DNA of 64,000 nt from Tindallia sp. (lineage in GTDB: Bacteria > Bacillota > Clostridia > Peptostreptococcales > Tindalliaceae): assembly GCA_007134225.1 (NCBI GenBank), contig SLLE01000038.1, positions 2,785 to 66,784 of the forward strand, read 5' to 3'. A program made the position numbers and the translations under genes. Below the pieces are notes generated by a model that saw only the letters and a program-made list of their open reading frames with translations, was not told where the DNA came from and did not search any database. Below, piece by piece: positions 1 through 10,037 of this stretch (positions are counted from its first letter, which is position 1; the number at the start of each line of letters is the position of its first letter).

Positions 1-142
1 GGATTTTATACTCATTACGGTTATCGGACAAATAGATTCCCTCCTGTAAATATAAAATAATTATATTTCCTCAGTATAACATAAAAATCAGATTCGATAA
101 AACGATTTAATAAGGCGTGTAAAAAATTTCTAAAAAATTAAG

Positions 143-171
143 TTGACAGACAGATTTAAGGGTGGTAATAT
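143..171 (+). promoter_or_regulatory. Sigma-A type promoter for the S-box leader and metY-metA
   Basis: TTGACA 143-148, 17-nt spacer, TAATAT 166-171; about 23 nt upstream of riboswitch P1. Confidence 0.6.
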
Positions 172-193
172 GTTTATCAATTAAATATTTTAA

Positions 194-294
194 CTCTTAT
201 AATGAGTGGCGGAGGGACTGGCCCGATGAAGCCCGGCAACCGGCAGAAAATGCACGGTGCTAAATCCTGTAGGTGAACACCTAAGAGATGAGAG
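194..294 (+). promoter_or_regulatory. SAM-I (S-box) riboswitch aptamer
   Basis: Conserved S-box strings GGCGGAGGGACTGGCCCGATGAAGCCCGGCAACC, GGTGCTAAATCCTG and AGAGATGAGAG. P1 pairs CTCTTAT 194-200 with ATGAGAG 288-294. Lies upstream of methionine biosynthesis genes. Confidence 0.9.
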
Positions 295-310
295 ACTCGA
301 CGTAATCATA

Positions 311-340
311 CCTCTTTTGCACCTGCAAGAGAGGTTTTCT
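311..340 (+). terminator. Intrinsic terminator of the S-box expression platform
   Basis: Stem CCTCTTTTGCA 311-321 / TGCAAGAGAGG 324-334 followed by TTTTCT. The 5' arm can alternatively pair with the GAGAG side of P1 (antiterminator logic). Confidence 0.8.
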
Positions 341-374
341 CATACTTGGGGAAAAAATCAAAGGAGCGATGATA

Positions 375-1655
375 ATGACTGAAAAAGCGAGAAAATTCGA
401 CACGCTACAAATTCATGCGGGACAGGAGCCAGATCCAACAACGGGATCCAGGGCAGTGCCCATCTACCAGACTACATCCTATGTGTTTGAAAATGTGGAT
501 CATGCTGCAAAATTGTTTTCACTGGAAGAAGCCGGCAACATTTATACCCGTATTATGAATCCCACTACCGATGTCTTCGAAAAAAGAATGACTGCCCTTG
601 AAGGCGGCGTGGGTGCTTTGGCAGTGGCGTCAGGATCAGCAGCTGTCACCTATTCTATTATGAACATTGCACAGGCAGGGGATGAAATTGTAGCGGCCAA
701 CGCATTGTATGGCGGCACCTATACGCTTCTGGATGCACAGCTGCCTAAATATGGTATTAAAACCATCTTCGTCCAGCCGGATGATCCACAGAACTTTGAA
801 AAAGCCATTAATGAAAAAACCAAAGCCGTTTATCTGGAAAGCATAGGAAATCCCAATATTAACCTGATTGATTTGGAAGCTGTGGCCCAAATTGCCCATC
901 GTCACGGAATTCCTGTTATCATTGATAATACTTTTGCAACTCCTTATTTATTTCAACCGCTCAAACATGGAGCTGATATTGTTGTTCATTCCGCTACCAA
1001 ATTCATTGGCGGTCATGGAACCAGCATTGGTGGCGTCATCGTGGACGGAGGCACCTTCGACTGGAAAAAGAGTGGCAAATTTCCGGGACTCACGGAGCCA
1101 GATCCAACTTATCATGGCATTCGGTATACCGAAACCTTTGGTCCAGCTGCCTATATTGTCAAAACCAGAGTGCAGCTGCTTCGTGATACCGGAGCTGCCT
1201 TAAGTCCTTTTAATTCCTTTATGTTTCTGCAGGGACTGGAAACCCTTTCGCTTCGATTGGATCGACATGTCGAGAATACCAGAAAAATTGTTTCCTTTCT
1301 CAAAAAGCATCCGCAGGTATCATGGGTCAACTATCCGGAGCTTGAAGACAGTCCGTATTATGATTTATATAAAAAATACTTCAAGAAAGGCGTTGGATCT
1401 ATCTTTACCTTTGGAATCAAAGGTGGACTGGAGGCTGGAAAAACGTTTATCGATTCACTGGAAATTTTTTCCTTGTTGGCTAACGTGGCAGATGCTAAAT
1501 CCCTTGTGATTCATCCTGGGAGCACCACTCACGCTCAGCTGTCAGAAGATCAGCAAAGAACTTCCGGCATCAGCCCGGACATGATTCGAGTCTCCGTCGG
1601 ACTGGAAGACGCAGAAGATCTGATCGATGACTTGGATCAGGCATTAAATAAGTAA
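375..1655 (+). CDS. metY: O-acetylhomoserine sulfhydrylase (PLP-dependent Cys/Met metabolism family)
   Basis: ORF 369-1655. ATG 375 is preferred (8 nt after AGGAG). N-terminus [13 protein letters not shown] and PLP-lysine region [11 protein letters not shown]. Under S-box control. Confidence 0.9.
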   Translation: MTEKARKFDTLQIHAGQEPDPTTGSRAVPIYQTTSYVFENVDHAAKLFSLEEAGNIYTRIMNPTTDVFEKRMTALEGGVGALAVASGSAAVTYSIMNIAQAGDEIVAANALYGGTYTLLDAQLPKYGIKTIFVQPDDPQNFEKAINEKTKAVYLESIGNPNINLIDLEAVAQIAHRHGIPVIIDNTFATPYLFQPLKHGADIVVHSATKFIGGHGTSIGGVIVDGGTFDWKKSGKFPGLTEPDPTYHGIRYTETFGPAAYIVKTRVQLLRDTGAALSPFNSFMFLQGLETLSLRLDRHVENTRKIVSFLKKHPQVSWVNYPELEDSPYYDLYKKYFKKGVGSIFTFGIKGGLEAGKTFIDSLEIFSLLANVADAKSLVIHPGSTTHAQLSEDQQRTSGISPDMIRVSVGLEDAEDLIDDLDQALNK

Positions 1656-1672
1656 ATAAGGAGGCTAACTCA

Positions 1673-2587
1673 ATGCCAGTAAAAATACCGGATAATCTGC
1701 CGGCTTTCGAAACATTAAATCAAGAAAATATCTTTGTGATGAAAGAAAGCAGAGCCTATTCACAGGACATTAGAGCACTCAAAATTCTTATTCTCAATTT
1801 GATGCCAACGAAGATCACCACAGAAACACAACTTCTGAGGCTACTGGGAAATTCACCCCTCCAGGTTGATGTGACCCTGCTGCATCCGGAAACCCACGAA
1901 TCCAAGAATACATCCCAGGAACACCTGAAAACCTTTTATAAAACCTTTTCACAAATAAAAGATGAAAAGTTTGACGGAATGATCGTGACCGGAGCTCCCG
2001 TGGAAAAGCTTTCTTTTGATGAAGTACATTACTGGGAAGAGCTGCAAAAAATTCTTGAATGGAAACGAACTCATGTTTTTTCCACTGTCTTTATTTGTTG
2101 GGCCGCGCAGGCTGCCATGTACCATTACTTTGGTATACCAAAATACCCGGTGGACAAAAAAATATTTGGTGTATTTGATCATAAGGTTCTTTCGCCGAAT
2201 CATCGATTGCTGAGAGGATTTGATGATATTGTGTGGGCTCCCCACTCCCGGCATACAGAAGTGAGAAGGGAAGACATTAACCCTGTGAAAGAGTTGGAAA
2301 TATTATCCGAATCAGAAGAAGCAGGTGTTTACATTGCATCCACGGCTAATGGAAAAAGCATCTTTGTCACAGGTCATTCCGAGTATGATCCCCTAACCTT
2401 AAAGGCAGAATACGACAGGGATGTGAATGCAGGTCTAGAGATTGAAGTACCGCGTAACTATTATCCCAATGATGATCCCACTCAGGATCCGGTCGTCACC
2501 TGGAGAGCCCATTCCAATTTGCTTTTCGCCAATTGGCTCAATTACTTTGTATACCAGGAAACACCTTACGATATAAGTCGAATTTAA
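1673..2587 (+). CDS. metA: Homoserine O-acyltransferase (MetA family)
   Basis: 304-aa ORF with AGGAGG RBS, 17 nt after metY. MetA-type N-terminus [11 protein letters not shown] and the VTGAP...FICWAAQAA catalytic-Cys region. Confidence 0.9.
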   Translation: MPVKIPDNLPAFETLNQENIFVMKESRAYSQDIRALKILILNLMPTKITTETQLLRLLGNSPLQVDVTLLHPETHESKNTSQEHLKTFYKTFSQIKDEKFDGMIVTGAPVEKLSFDEVHYWEELQKILEWKRTHVFSTVFICWAAQAAMYHYFGIPKYPVDKKIFGVFDHKVLSPNHRLLRGFDDIVWAPHSRHTEVRREDINPVKELEILSESEEAGVYIASTANGKSIFVTGHSEYDPLTLKAEYDRDVNAGLEIEVPRNYYPNDDPTQDPVVTWRAHSNLLFANWLNYFVYQETPYDISRI

Positions 2588-2613
2588 AAGGAGCCGCAAT
2601 GCGGCTCCTTTTC
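2587..2613. terminator. Bidirectional intrinsic terminator between metA and the convergent ser operon
   Basis: GGAGCCGC 2590-2597 / GCGGCTCC 2601-2608, flanked by AAAA on the left and TTTT on the right. Confidence 0.8.
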
Positions 2614-2640
2614 TACTCGATTAGGACTGACATGAGATTT

Positions 2641-3888
2641 TTAGTAGTCGCTGAAAGGATGCAGAAAAATCCCACTTCTAAGTTTCGGCTCAAACCAAGT
2701 GGATTTTGGAGGCATAATCTTATCCTCGTCCGCCACCTGCAGCAAATCATCAATAGTGGTGGGATACATGGAAAAGGCAAGTTCCATATCCTTATGTACC
2801 CGTCGTTCCAATTCTTTAATTCCCCGAATGCCACCCACAAAATCAATCCGTTTGTCCGTCCGAGGGTCTAAAATTCCCAAAATTGGCTGAAGCAAATACT
2901 TTTGTAAAATCGAAACATCCAGTTGCTGAATCACGTCGTTCTCTGCATAGGTATGAGGCTTTGCAATCAACCTGTACCAGTGCTTGTTCATCAACATTCC
3001 AAATTCATGCTTTTCTTTAGGCTGATACGCATTTTCCACTGGTTCACACTCAAAATGCTGGGAAACTCTGGCCAGCAACTCATCCGGAGTCATACCATTT
3101 AAATCTTTCACCACACGATTGTATTCCATGCAATAGAGGTCTTCCTGCGGAAAAGAAACCGCCATCAGAAACTGGCTTTCATCATTGGGATCCAGACCTG
3201 GATTTTCCTCACGACGTTTCAGGCCTATTTTGGCGGCAGAAGCGGTACGATGATGCCCGTCAGCAATGTAGAGAGCATGCACATTGTGTTCGAAAGCCTC
3301 GGCCATGCGGTGAATCCATTCCTCGTCACTGACAACCCATAGGGTATGCTGGATCTCATCTTCTGTGGTAAAGTCATAAACTGGTTTTTGTTCGACTGCA
3401 TACTGGCGAATCATCCCGGTAAAAGTCTCTTCACTTCGATAGGTGAGAAAAACCGGCTCCGTATGCGCATCGCACTGATCAAAGTGGCGGATTCGATCCT
3501 TTTCTTTCTCCGGCCTGGTAAACTCATGCTTCTTGATCAACCCATTTTCATAATCATCAATGGAATGGCAGGCAACAATTCCCAGTTGCTGACGTCCTTC
3601 CATACGCTGTCGATATAAATAAAAAGAAGGAACTTCATCCTGCACCAGTATTTGGTTTTTAACCATGTCATGCAGGTTATTCTGTGCCTGCCGATAAACC
3701 TGATGGTCGTACTGACTGGATACTTCCGGCAGGTCTATCTCCGACCGAATTACATGTAAAAAGCTATGAGGATTTCCTTCTGCCATTTTAGCGGCTTCCT
3801 CTGTGTTCATGACATCGTAAGGCAGGCATGCTACCTCCGAAGCTAAACCAGGAGCAGGACGAAGGGCTTTGAAGGGTCGTATTTTCAT
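2641..3888 (-). CDS. DUF1015 family protein (function unknown)
   Basis: N-terminus MKIRPFKALRPAPG and the ~415-aa length are typical of DUF1015. The first 63 codons of track ORF 2641-4077 overlap serA and are rejected. ATG 3888 lies 11 nt after AGGAG (alternative ATG 3897). Confidence 0.8.
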   Translation of the reverse strand: MKIRPFKALRPAPGLASEVACLPYDVMNTEEAAKMAEGNPHSFLHVIRSEIDLPEVSSQYDHQVYRQAQNNLHDMVKNQILVQDEVPSFYLYRQRMEGRQQLGIVACHSIDDYENGLIKKHEFTRPEKEKDRIRHFDQCDAHTEPVFLTYRSEETFTGMIRQYAVEQKPVYDFTTEDEIQHTLWVVSDEEWIHRMAEAFEHNVHALYIADGHHRTASAAKIGLKRREENPGLDPNDESQFLMAVSFPQEDLYCMEYNRVVKDLNGMTPDELLARVSQHFECEPVENAYQPKEKHEFGMLMNKHWYRLIAKPHTYAENDVIQQLDVSILQKYLLQPILGILDPRTDKRIDFVGGIRGIKELERRVHKDMELAFSMYPTTIDDLLQVADEDKIMPPKSTWFEPKLRSGIFLHPFSDY

Positions 3889-3889
3889 T

Positions 3890-4825
3890 TTATTCATGTC
3901 TCCTTTCGCATAAATCCAACAGGATTTCCACCAGTTCATTAGCGATTCGTTCTTGCGCTTCAAAGGTATTGGCGCCGATATGAGGAGAAAAAGAGATCCG
4001 TTCATTTTCCAGTAACGCTTTATTCTTCGGCGGTTCTTTCTCAAAGACATCCAAGCCGGCACCGGCAACGATGCCATCGTCTATGGCTTTTAGCAGCGCC
4101 TCTTCTGAGAGCACACCACCCCGGGCACAATTCACGACATAAACACCTTTTTTCATCTTTTGAAATTCTGTTTCTCCTAGAATTGGCGGTTTCCCTGACA
4201 GAGCTGGCACATGCAGGGTGATGAAGTCGGAGGTGGTAACCAAGGTGTCCATGCCCACCTGTTTCGCATAATCATCGGCATCCTGCACATCATAAATTTC
4301 ATGGAATTGAACCTTCATACCAAGGGCATTGGCTTTGGAGCCAATTTCCCGGCCAATTCGACCATAACCGATAATGCCCAAGGTACTGTTAAAAAGCTCC
4401 GTTCCTTTATATTCTTTCTTTGGCCACGCTCCCTGACGCATGGTAACATTTGATCGATGCAGGTTTCGAGCCAATGACAGCATATGGCCCAGTACCAGTT
4501 CAGCAACAGAGCCAATACTGGAGTTTGGTGTGTTTTTTACTTCAATGCCTTTGGATTCCGCATACTTAACATCAATATTATCCAGCCCGACGCCGGCCCG
4601 GACAATCAGCTTCAGATTAGAACCTTCCACGGCATCAATCAGGTCTTTTCGAACCTTAGTGACAGAACGAACCACCAATACATGATAATGTCCCAGTTTT
4701 TCTTTAAGCTCCTCCGGGCTGTATTTCCTGGTATTCACTTCATAACAAGCTTCCTGCAAAAGTTTCACAGCATTCGGTGCCACATCGTCGGCAATGAGAA
4801 CCTTCATTTCGTCTTTCATTCGCAT
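3890..4825 (-). CDS. serA: D-3-phosphoglycerate dehydrogenase, short form without ACT domain
   Basis: D-2-hydroxyacid dehydrogenase fold with NAD-binding GIIGYGRIGREIG. GGGAGG RBS 7 nt upstream of ATG 4825. Adjacent to a serC-like aminotransferase. Confidence 0.85.
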   Translation of the reverse strand: MRMKDEMKVLIADDVAPNAVKLLQEACYEVNTRKYSPEELKEKLGHYHVLVVRSVTKVRKDLIDAVEGSNLKLIVRAGVGLDNIDVKYAESKGIEVKNTPNSSIGSVAELVLGHMLSLARNLHRSNVTMRQGAWPKKEYKGTELFNSTLGIIGYGRIGREIGSKANALGMKVQFHEIYDVQDADDYAKQVGMDTLVTTSDFITLHVPALSGKPPILGETEFQKMKKGVYVVNCARGGVLSEEALLKAIDDGIVAGAGLDVFEKEPPKNKALLENERISFSPHIGANTFEAQERIANELVEILLDLCERRHE

Positions 4826-4852
4826 ATAATAACCTCCCGGTTACGTCTGTTG

Positions 4853-5920
4853 TTATTTGATGATATCGTCTATTTCATTTAATAGAGCTTTCAGATCCTC
4901 TAAAGTTGTTTCTGCCATGTGGGCAATACGGAAAGTTTTTTCCTTTAAAGATCCATATCCATTGGAAATGGAATAACCCCTTTCACCCAATTTTTTGTTC
5001 AAATCTGCCACGCTGATCCCCTTTGTGTTTCGAATGGTGGTCAATGTATTGGAAGCATAAGCTTCCTCCGGAAACAGTTCAAAATGTTTCTCAGCCCAGC
5101 TTCGAACATACTTTGCCATTTCGAGGTGTCTTTGAAAACGATTTTCCAGACCTTCCTCCAAAATATGATTCAGTTGATAATCAAGGGCAAACATATGAGA
5201 AAGAGATGGAGTGGAAGGATACTGATAGTCTTTCTTTTGAATATATTCGTACAATGCCAGCAAATCCAGGTAATATCCACGAGTAGATACCTGCTTTGCC
5301 GCTTCAATAGCCTTTTCTGAGATGGAGCAGATGGCCAGACCCGGCGGAAGACCAAGAGCCTTTTGTGTGGAGGTAATACAAATATCAACGTCCAATTGAT
5401 CCACTTCAATTTTGGTGCCGGCCATAGAGCTAACGGTATCCAGTGCAAATACCACGTCCGGGTATTTCTTAATGATTTTGGCAATGGCTTCTACCGGATT
5501 CATAACTCCGGTGGAAGTTTCATTATGGGTAATGGTCACCAAGTCGTATTTACCCGTTGCAAGGGCCTCCTCCACCATTCCAGGGGTTGTGGGTTTGCCC
5601 ATTTCTGACTCGAAAAGATCTGCCAACACACCATTAGCTACCGCCATTTCATGCCAGCGTTTTCCAAAAGCACCAACAGAGAAAACTGCTGCTCGTTTAC
5701 GAGTGCAAGATCGAATGGCACCTTCCATTAATCCACTGCCGGATGAAGTGGATAATAGGATCTGACGATCCGTAAACATCACTTTCTGCATTTTTTCAGA
5801 TATGCTTCGCTGTAAGTTGCTGGCATCTTTAGTTCGGTGGCCAATCATTGGTGTAGCCATTTTTTCCAGCACGTCCGGTGCCACATCCACCGGTCCTGGG
5901 ATAAATAATTTCTTATGCAT
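4853..5920 (-). CDS. Class V aminotransferase (phosphoserine / serine-pyruvate aminotransferase type)
   Basis: 355 aa, PLP-lysine motif TSTQKALG, N-terminus LFIPGPVDV. In an operon with serA. Confidence 0.8.
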   Translation of the reverse strand: MHKKLFIPGPVDVAPDVLEKMATPMIGHRTKDASNLQRSISEKMQKVMFTDRQILLSTSSGSGLMEGAIRSCTRKRAAVFSVGAFGKRWHEMAVANGVLADLFESEMGKPTTPGMVEEALATGKYDLVTITHNETSTGVMNPVEAIAKIIKKYPDVVFALDTVSSMAGTKIEVDQLDVDICITSTQKALGLPPGLAICSISEKAIEAAKQVSTRGYYLDLLALYEYIQKKDYQYPSTPSLSHMFALDYQLNHILEEGLENRFQRHLEMAKYVRSWAEKHFELFPEEAYASNTLTTIRNTKGISVADLNKKLGERGYSISNGYGSLKEKTFRIAHMAETTLEDLKALLNEIDDIIK

Positions 5921-5951
5921 AAGATACCTCCAGTTTATTGATATTTAATCG

Positions 5952-6365
5952 TTATTCAACTACAATTTCATACTCAATCAATCCTGCTTTTTTTAGCATT
6001 GCCGAAACGCCGCAATATTTTTCCTCGGAAAGTTGAACAGCTTTCTCCAGCTTGTCCTTGGGAAGATCCTTTCCTTTAAAGTAGTAGGTCAATATAATTT
6101 TATCGTAAATCTTTGGGTGTTCCTCTGTCAGGGTAGCGCCAACTTCCATGCGAAAGCCTTCCAATTCCACACGCATTTTTTTCAGTATTGACACCACGTC
6201 AATGCCGGTGCAGCCTGCCAGGCTCGCCAGTATCAGTGGTTTTGGACGAACTCCTTTATCTTCGCCGCCAACCTCAGGACTGGCATCCATAATAACATGA
6301 TGACCGTCCAAGTTGGCATCAAATACCATGTTTTCTATCCAGGTACATTCTACTTTATGCTCCAT
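5952..6365 (-). CDS. OsmC/Ohr family peroxiredoxin-like protein
   Basis: 137 aa starting MEHKVECTW (AGGAG RBS). OsmC-type LASLAGCTGIDV and EEKYCGVSAML cysteine regions. The long track ORF 5952-6806 is a spurious 5' extension into lacI. Confidence 0.8.
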   Translation of the reverse strand: MEHKVECTWIENMVFDANLDGHHVIMDASPEVGGEDKGVRPKPLILASLAGCTGIDVVSILKKMRVELEGFRMEVGATLTEEHPKIYDKIILTYYFKGKDLPKDKLEKAVQLSEEKYCGVSAMLKKAGLIEYEIVVE

Positions 6366-6492
6366 ACGATCGCTCCTTTTGAATTTAGTTGTCGTGATAA
6401 TTATACCGCAATGACTTGAAGTTAAACAAGTCAGACTAATTGAAAAACCTGAAAAGACACTTGAATATTCTGAAAAAAACACTAAAAACTCT

Positions 6493-6521
6493 TTGACAAG
6501 TGTTTGAAAGGGCATTATAAT
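6493..6521 (+). promoter_or_regulatory. Consensus sigma-A promoter of the sugar locus
   Basis: TTGACA 6493-6498, 17-nt spacer, TATAAT 6516-6521. Confidence 0.7.
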
Positions 6522-6528
6522 GAAATTG

Positions 6529-6544
6529 AGGAAACCGATTTCCT
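6529..6544. promoter_or_regulatory. Candidate LacI-family operator (palindrome)
   Basis: AGGAAA-CCGA-TTTCCT has perfect 6-nt arms and starts 8 nt downstream of the -10 box, overlapping the expected transcription start. Confidence 0.5.
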
Positions 6545-6561
6545 GAAAGGATATGGTGATA

Positions 6562-7581
6562 ATGAAAAAAACCATCAATGAAGTGGCAAAACTGGCTGGC
6601 GTCTCTAAAGCAACGGTTTCCCGAGTAATCAATGACTCAAAACCGGTAAATCCGGATAAAAGAGAAAAAGTGCTAAAGGCCATTAAAGAACTGGAATTCA
6701 GGCCAAATCCGGTGGCGCGGGGGCTGGTGCATAAAAAATCCGGCCTCATAGGGGTCTTGATACCGGACATTACGAACCCTTTTTTTGCTGAAATTGTTCG
6801 TGGCATCGAAGGCGTTATTCAGGCATATCAGTTTAACATTGTGCTTTGCCATACCTTCCATAACCATGAAAAAGAACTGGAACATTTACAAATGCTTCAT
6901 GAAAAATATGTGGATGGAATTGTTTTTATGACTTCGAAAGTGACAGAAGCACATCAGAAGTTTTTCACTGAAAGCAAATTGCCCGTTACGTTCGTAAATC
7001 GACGTTGCAGTGACTTAAACAGTTATAGTGTTGATATCAACAATTATCAAGCTGCCTTTGAAATCACCAGTTTTTTTTTGAAACGAGGTCATCGGAAAAT
7101 TGCGTTGATCCGCGCACCATTAACGGATAAGACATCTGGCTATGAAAGGTTCAAGGGATACCAGGATGCCTTGAAATCTTACCAGCTGCTAATGGACGAT
7201 AACTTAGTGCTGCGAAGCAATTTTAAAATTGAAAACACTTACAAGACGGTCCGCAGTTTTTTGGAAAGAGGACATCAGGCCACAGCGATGGTTGCCACCA
7301 GTGATCTGATGGCTATAGGTGCTATCAAGGCCTTGACGGATCATGGACATCGGGTTCCAGAAGACGTAGAAGTTTCTGGTTTTGACGACATCCCCATGGC
7401 AACCTACTATAGTCCGTCTATCACTACTGTACGTCAACCGATATTGGAAATGGGAAAAACGGCCGGTAAAATGTTAATTGCAAAAATGGGAGGCCATCCA
7501 ATACTCGAAAAAAATATTATATTACCTCATACGGTTATCTTTCGAAAAAGCACTTTAATATCTCCTGTTTCGGAGGTGTAG
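6562..7581 (+). CDS. LacI family transcriptional regulator
   Basis: HTH INEVAKLAGVSKATVSRVIN plus a periplasmic-binding-protein-like sugar domain. ATG 6562 is preferred over 6553. Confidence 0.9.
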   Translation: MKKTINEVAKLAGVSKATVSRVINDSKPVNPDKREKVLKAIKELEFRPNPVARGLVHKKSGLIGVLIPDITNPFFAEIVRGIEGVIQAYQFNIVLCHTFHNHEKELEHLQMLHEKYVDGIVFMTSKVTEAHQKFFTESKLPVTFVNRRCSDLNSYSVDINNYQAAFEITSFFLKRGHRKIALIRAPLTDKTSGYERFKGYQDALKSYQLLMDDNLVLRSNFKIENTYKTVRSFLERGHQATAMVATSDLMAIGAIKALTDHGHRVPEDVEVSGFDDIPMATYYSPSITTVRQPILEMGKTAGKMLIAKMGGHPILEKNIILPHTVIFRKSTLISPVSEV

Positions 7582-7584
7582 TGA

Positions 7585-8553
7585 ATGAAATTTGATCAAA
7601 AGATCTATTTAAGCGATGGGGATCTGGATGTTTTAACCGTAGGAGAATTATTAATTGACTTTATTTCTACCGATTATGTCATGGAATTGAAATCAGCCGT
7701 TCATTTCCAAAAAGTCTTTGGTGGCTCTCCAGGAAACATTGCTGTTAATCTTTCGGGAATGGGATTTCAAACCGCTGTCATTGCCAGCGTAGGGAAAGAT
7801 GAATTTGGGGACTATATTCAAGCGTTTTTGGAGCAGCGACAGGTGAACGCTGAAGGACTTCAGCGGGTGGAGGAAGCAACTTCCATGATTTTTGTTACCA
7901 AAAGTATGGAAAATCCCAAATACCTGCCGGTTCGAAACGCTGATTACTGTCTTGTTGATAAAACGATCCACTACCAATTGATTGACCGGTGCAAAATATT
8001 TCATTTTACAGCTTGGGCGCTTTCCATGCCGAATATAAGAGCTGTAACCATGGATTTAGTTCAATATGCCAGATCTCATCAAAAACTGATCACCTTCGAC
8101 CCGAATTTTCGCCAGAATTTGTGGGAAAAAAATCATGATGGTGCCGCTTGGATTCGGCAATATGTGATGCCATTGGTGGATATTATCAAACCCTCTGAGG
8201 TTGATGCGGCGAATATTTGGAATATTAAAGATTCACTGGATGAAAATCAATTAATTGGTTTAAGCCATAAAGAGGACATGACCATTATTCTAACACGGGG
8301 TGAAAGAGGGTTAACCGCCTATTCCGGCGGTGAGTCCGTCAGCATGCCTTCCTGCGCTGACATTGTGGTTGATACAACAGGTGCCGGCGATGCTTTTTGG
8401 GCAGGATTCCTGGCTTCTGTGCTGATGGATCATACTATCCATGAAGCGCTGAAACACGGCAGTCAAAGTGCCGGATATAATCTTGGGTTTGTTGGAGCCA
8501 TTTCTGATCTGCCTTTACCCAATAAATTCGAGGAGGAGCCTCTATGCGAATAG
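7585..8553 (+). CDS. PfkB family sugar kinase (fructokinase-like)
   Basis: PfkB motifs FGGSPGN and DTTGAGDAFWAGF. GGAGG RBS. Its end overlaps the start of the next gene. Confidence 0.8.
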   Translation: MKFDQKIYLSDGDLDVLTVGELLIDFISTDYVMELKSAVHFQKVFGGSPGNIAVNLSGMGFQTAVIASVGKDEFGDYIQAFLEQRQVNAEGLQRVEEATSMIFVTKSMENPKYLPVRNADYCLVDKTIHYQLIDRCKIFHFTAWALSMPNIRAVTMDLVQYARSHQKLITFDPNFRQNLWEKNHDGAAWIRQYVMPLVDIIKPSEVDAANIWNIKDSLDENQLIGLSHKEDMTIILTRGERGLTAYSGGESVSMPSCADIVVDTTGAGDAFWAGFLASVLMDHTIHEALKHGSQSAGYNLGFVGAISDLPLPNKFEEEPLCE

Positions 8554-10037
8554 TCTTTCTTAATCCACAGGGAAACTTCGATGCCAAAGACAGTTATTGG
8601 ACAGAACACCCGGATTTTGGCGGACAGCTGGTTTATGTAAAAGAACTTGCAAATGCACTAAAAGAGAAGGGACACGAAGTGGATATTTTCACGCGCCTGA
8701 TCCAGGATCCGGATTGGCCGGAATTTAAGAAAGAAGAAGAAGTATACCCACATACAGGGCTACGCATTATCAGGATTCCATTCGGCGGTGACAAATTTCT
8801 ACGAAAAGAAGCATTGTGGCCACATTTACCGGAATATGTAGAAGGAATTCTTCGATTTTTTCACAAAGAAAAAAACTGGCCGGATTTTGTCACCACGCAT
8901 TATGGCGACGGAGGCATCGCTGGCGTAATGCTGGAGGAAGCCACAGGTATCCCATTTTCCTTTACGGCCCATTCCCTTGGTGCGCAGAAAATGTATAAAA
9001 TGAACATCTGTGAGGCTCACTTTGATGCCGTAAACCGCCAATATGCTTTTTCGACACGCATTCAGGCTGAACGGCTAACGATGGAAAAAGCCGTAATCCG
9101 ATTTGTCAGCACTTCCCAGGAAAAGGTGAATCAATACCAGCATGTACTGTACCGTGATCTGTTTCAAAAAGAGGATAAAAAGTTTGTGGTAGCTCCTCCG
9201 GGTGTCAATCAAAACCTCTTTTATTTTGAAAATCAGGATTTTGAAAAGCTGCATCAGGTGAAAAAAAGAGACTTGGATGAAAACCGAAGAGATTTACCCA
9301 TGATCATCGCATCCAGCCGGTTAGACCCAAAGAAGAATGTCAGTGGATTAGTCAACGCATATGCTTCTAGCTTTAAACTGCAGGAAATAGGAAATTTACT
9401 GCTGGCAGTTAGGGGAGTGGAAAACCCTTATCAGGACATTAGTGGACTGAAAGAAGAAGAGCAGGCAGAAATGAAAAAAATACTTGGCATAATCCAATCC
9501 TGCGACCTGAAGGGAAAAATCGCCTTTATTCAATTAAGCAGTCAGAAAGAGCTGGCAAACTGTTATCGGGCTTTGGCAACTTATGGAGGTGTTTTTAGCC
9601 TTACCTCACTTTACGAACCTTTTGGACTGGCCACCATTGAAGCCATGGCTTGTGGCTTACCGGTGGTTGTAACCGCCAACGGCGGTGGTCAGGAAATTCT
9701 GAAAGAGAACTCTGAAACCTTTGGTATGTTGGCAGATCCAGAAAGTTCAGCGAAAATCGCAGAAAATCTGTTGATATTGCTGAAAGAACCAGAGCATTGG
9801 AAACACTATCATCATCAGGGTCTTCGTAGAGTCAGGGAACGCTACACCTGGCAGACGACTGCAGATATCTATCAGGTTGCCATTGCAAAGGTTTTGGTTG
9901 AGAATAAAAGGTCAACAAGAATGCCTGAGAAAAAAACGGATTTTTCCAACCATCAATCATGGTTGAGCAATCCAACCCAGGAAATGATCGATTTGATTAA
10001 GTCCAACAGCTTAGCGGGAGAGGAGGGGGAAGGTTGA
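8544..10037 (+). CDS. sps: GT4 glycosyltransferase, sucrose-phosphate-synthase-like (glucosyltransferase domain only)
   Basis: N-terminus FLNPQGNFD..YWTEHPDFGGQLVYVKE, HYGDGG, and C-terminal EPFGLATIEAMACGLPVV. Length (497 aa) and these motifs match my memory of the Halothermothrix orenii SPS. Confidence 0.7.
   Translation: MRIVFLNPQGNFDAKDSYWTEHPDFGGQLVYVKELANALKEKGHEVDIFTRLIQDPDWPEFKKEEEVYPHTGLRIIRIPFGGDKFLRKEALWPHLPEYVEGILRFFHKEKNWPDFVTTHYGDGGIAGVMLEEATGIPFSFTAHSLGAQKMYKMNICEAHFDAVNRQYAFSTRIQAERLTMEKAVIRFVSTSQEKVNQYQHVLYRDLFQKEDKKFVVAPPGVNQNLFYFENQDFEKLHQVKKRDLDENRRDLPMIIASSRLDPKKNVSGLVNAYASSFKLQEIGNLLLAVRGVENPYQDISGLKEEEQAEMKKILGIIQSCDLKGKIAFIQLSSQKELANCYRALATYGGVFSLTSLYEPFGLATIEAMACGLPVVVTANGGGQEILKENSETFGMLADPESSAKIAENLLILLKEPEHWKHYHHQGLRRVRERYTWQTTADIYQVAIAKVLVENKRSTRMPEKKTDFSNHQSWLSNPTQEMIDLIKSNSLAGEEGEG

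Noticed and set aside
1-31. Possible 5' end of a minus-strand gene: AGGAGGG, 7 nt, then TTG at 31, reading MSDNRNEYKI out of the window
   Set aside because: Only 10 codons are visible. There is no way to recognise a family or confirm that it is coding.
2641-4077. Track ORF giving DUF1015 a 63-codon N-terminal extension
   Set aside because: The extension overlaps the serA 3' end in another frame and has no RBS. The conserved DUF1015 N-terminus begins at MKIRPF (ATG 3888).
5952-6806. 284-aa minus-strand ORF spanning the osmC-like gene, the promoter region and the lacI 5' end
   Set aside because: Only the last 137 codons have OsmC character and an RBS. The upstream part runs antisense through a consensus promoter and the LacI HTH coding region.
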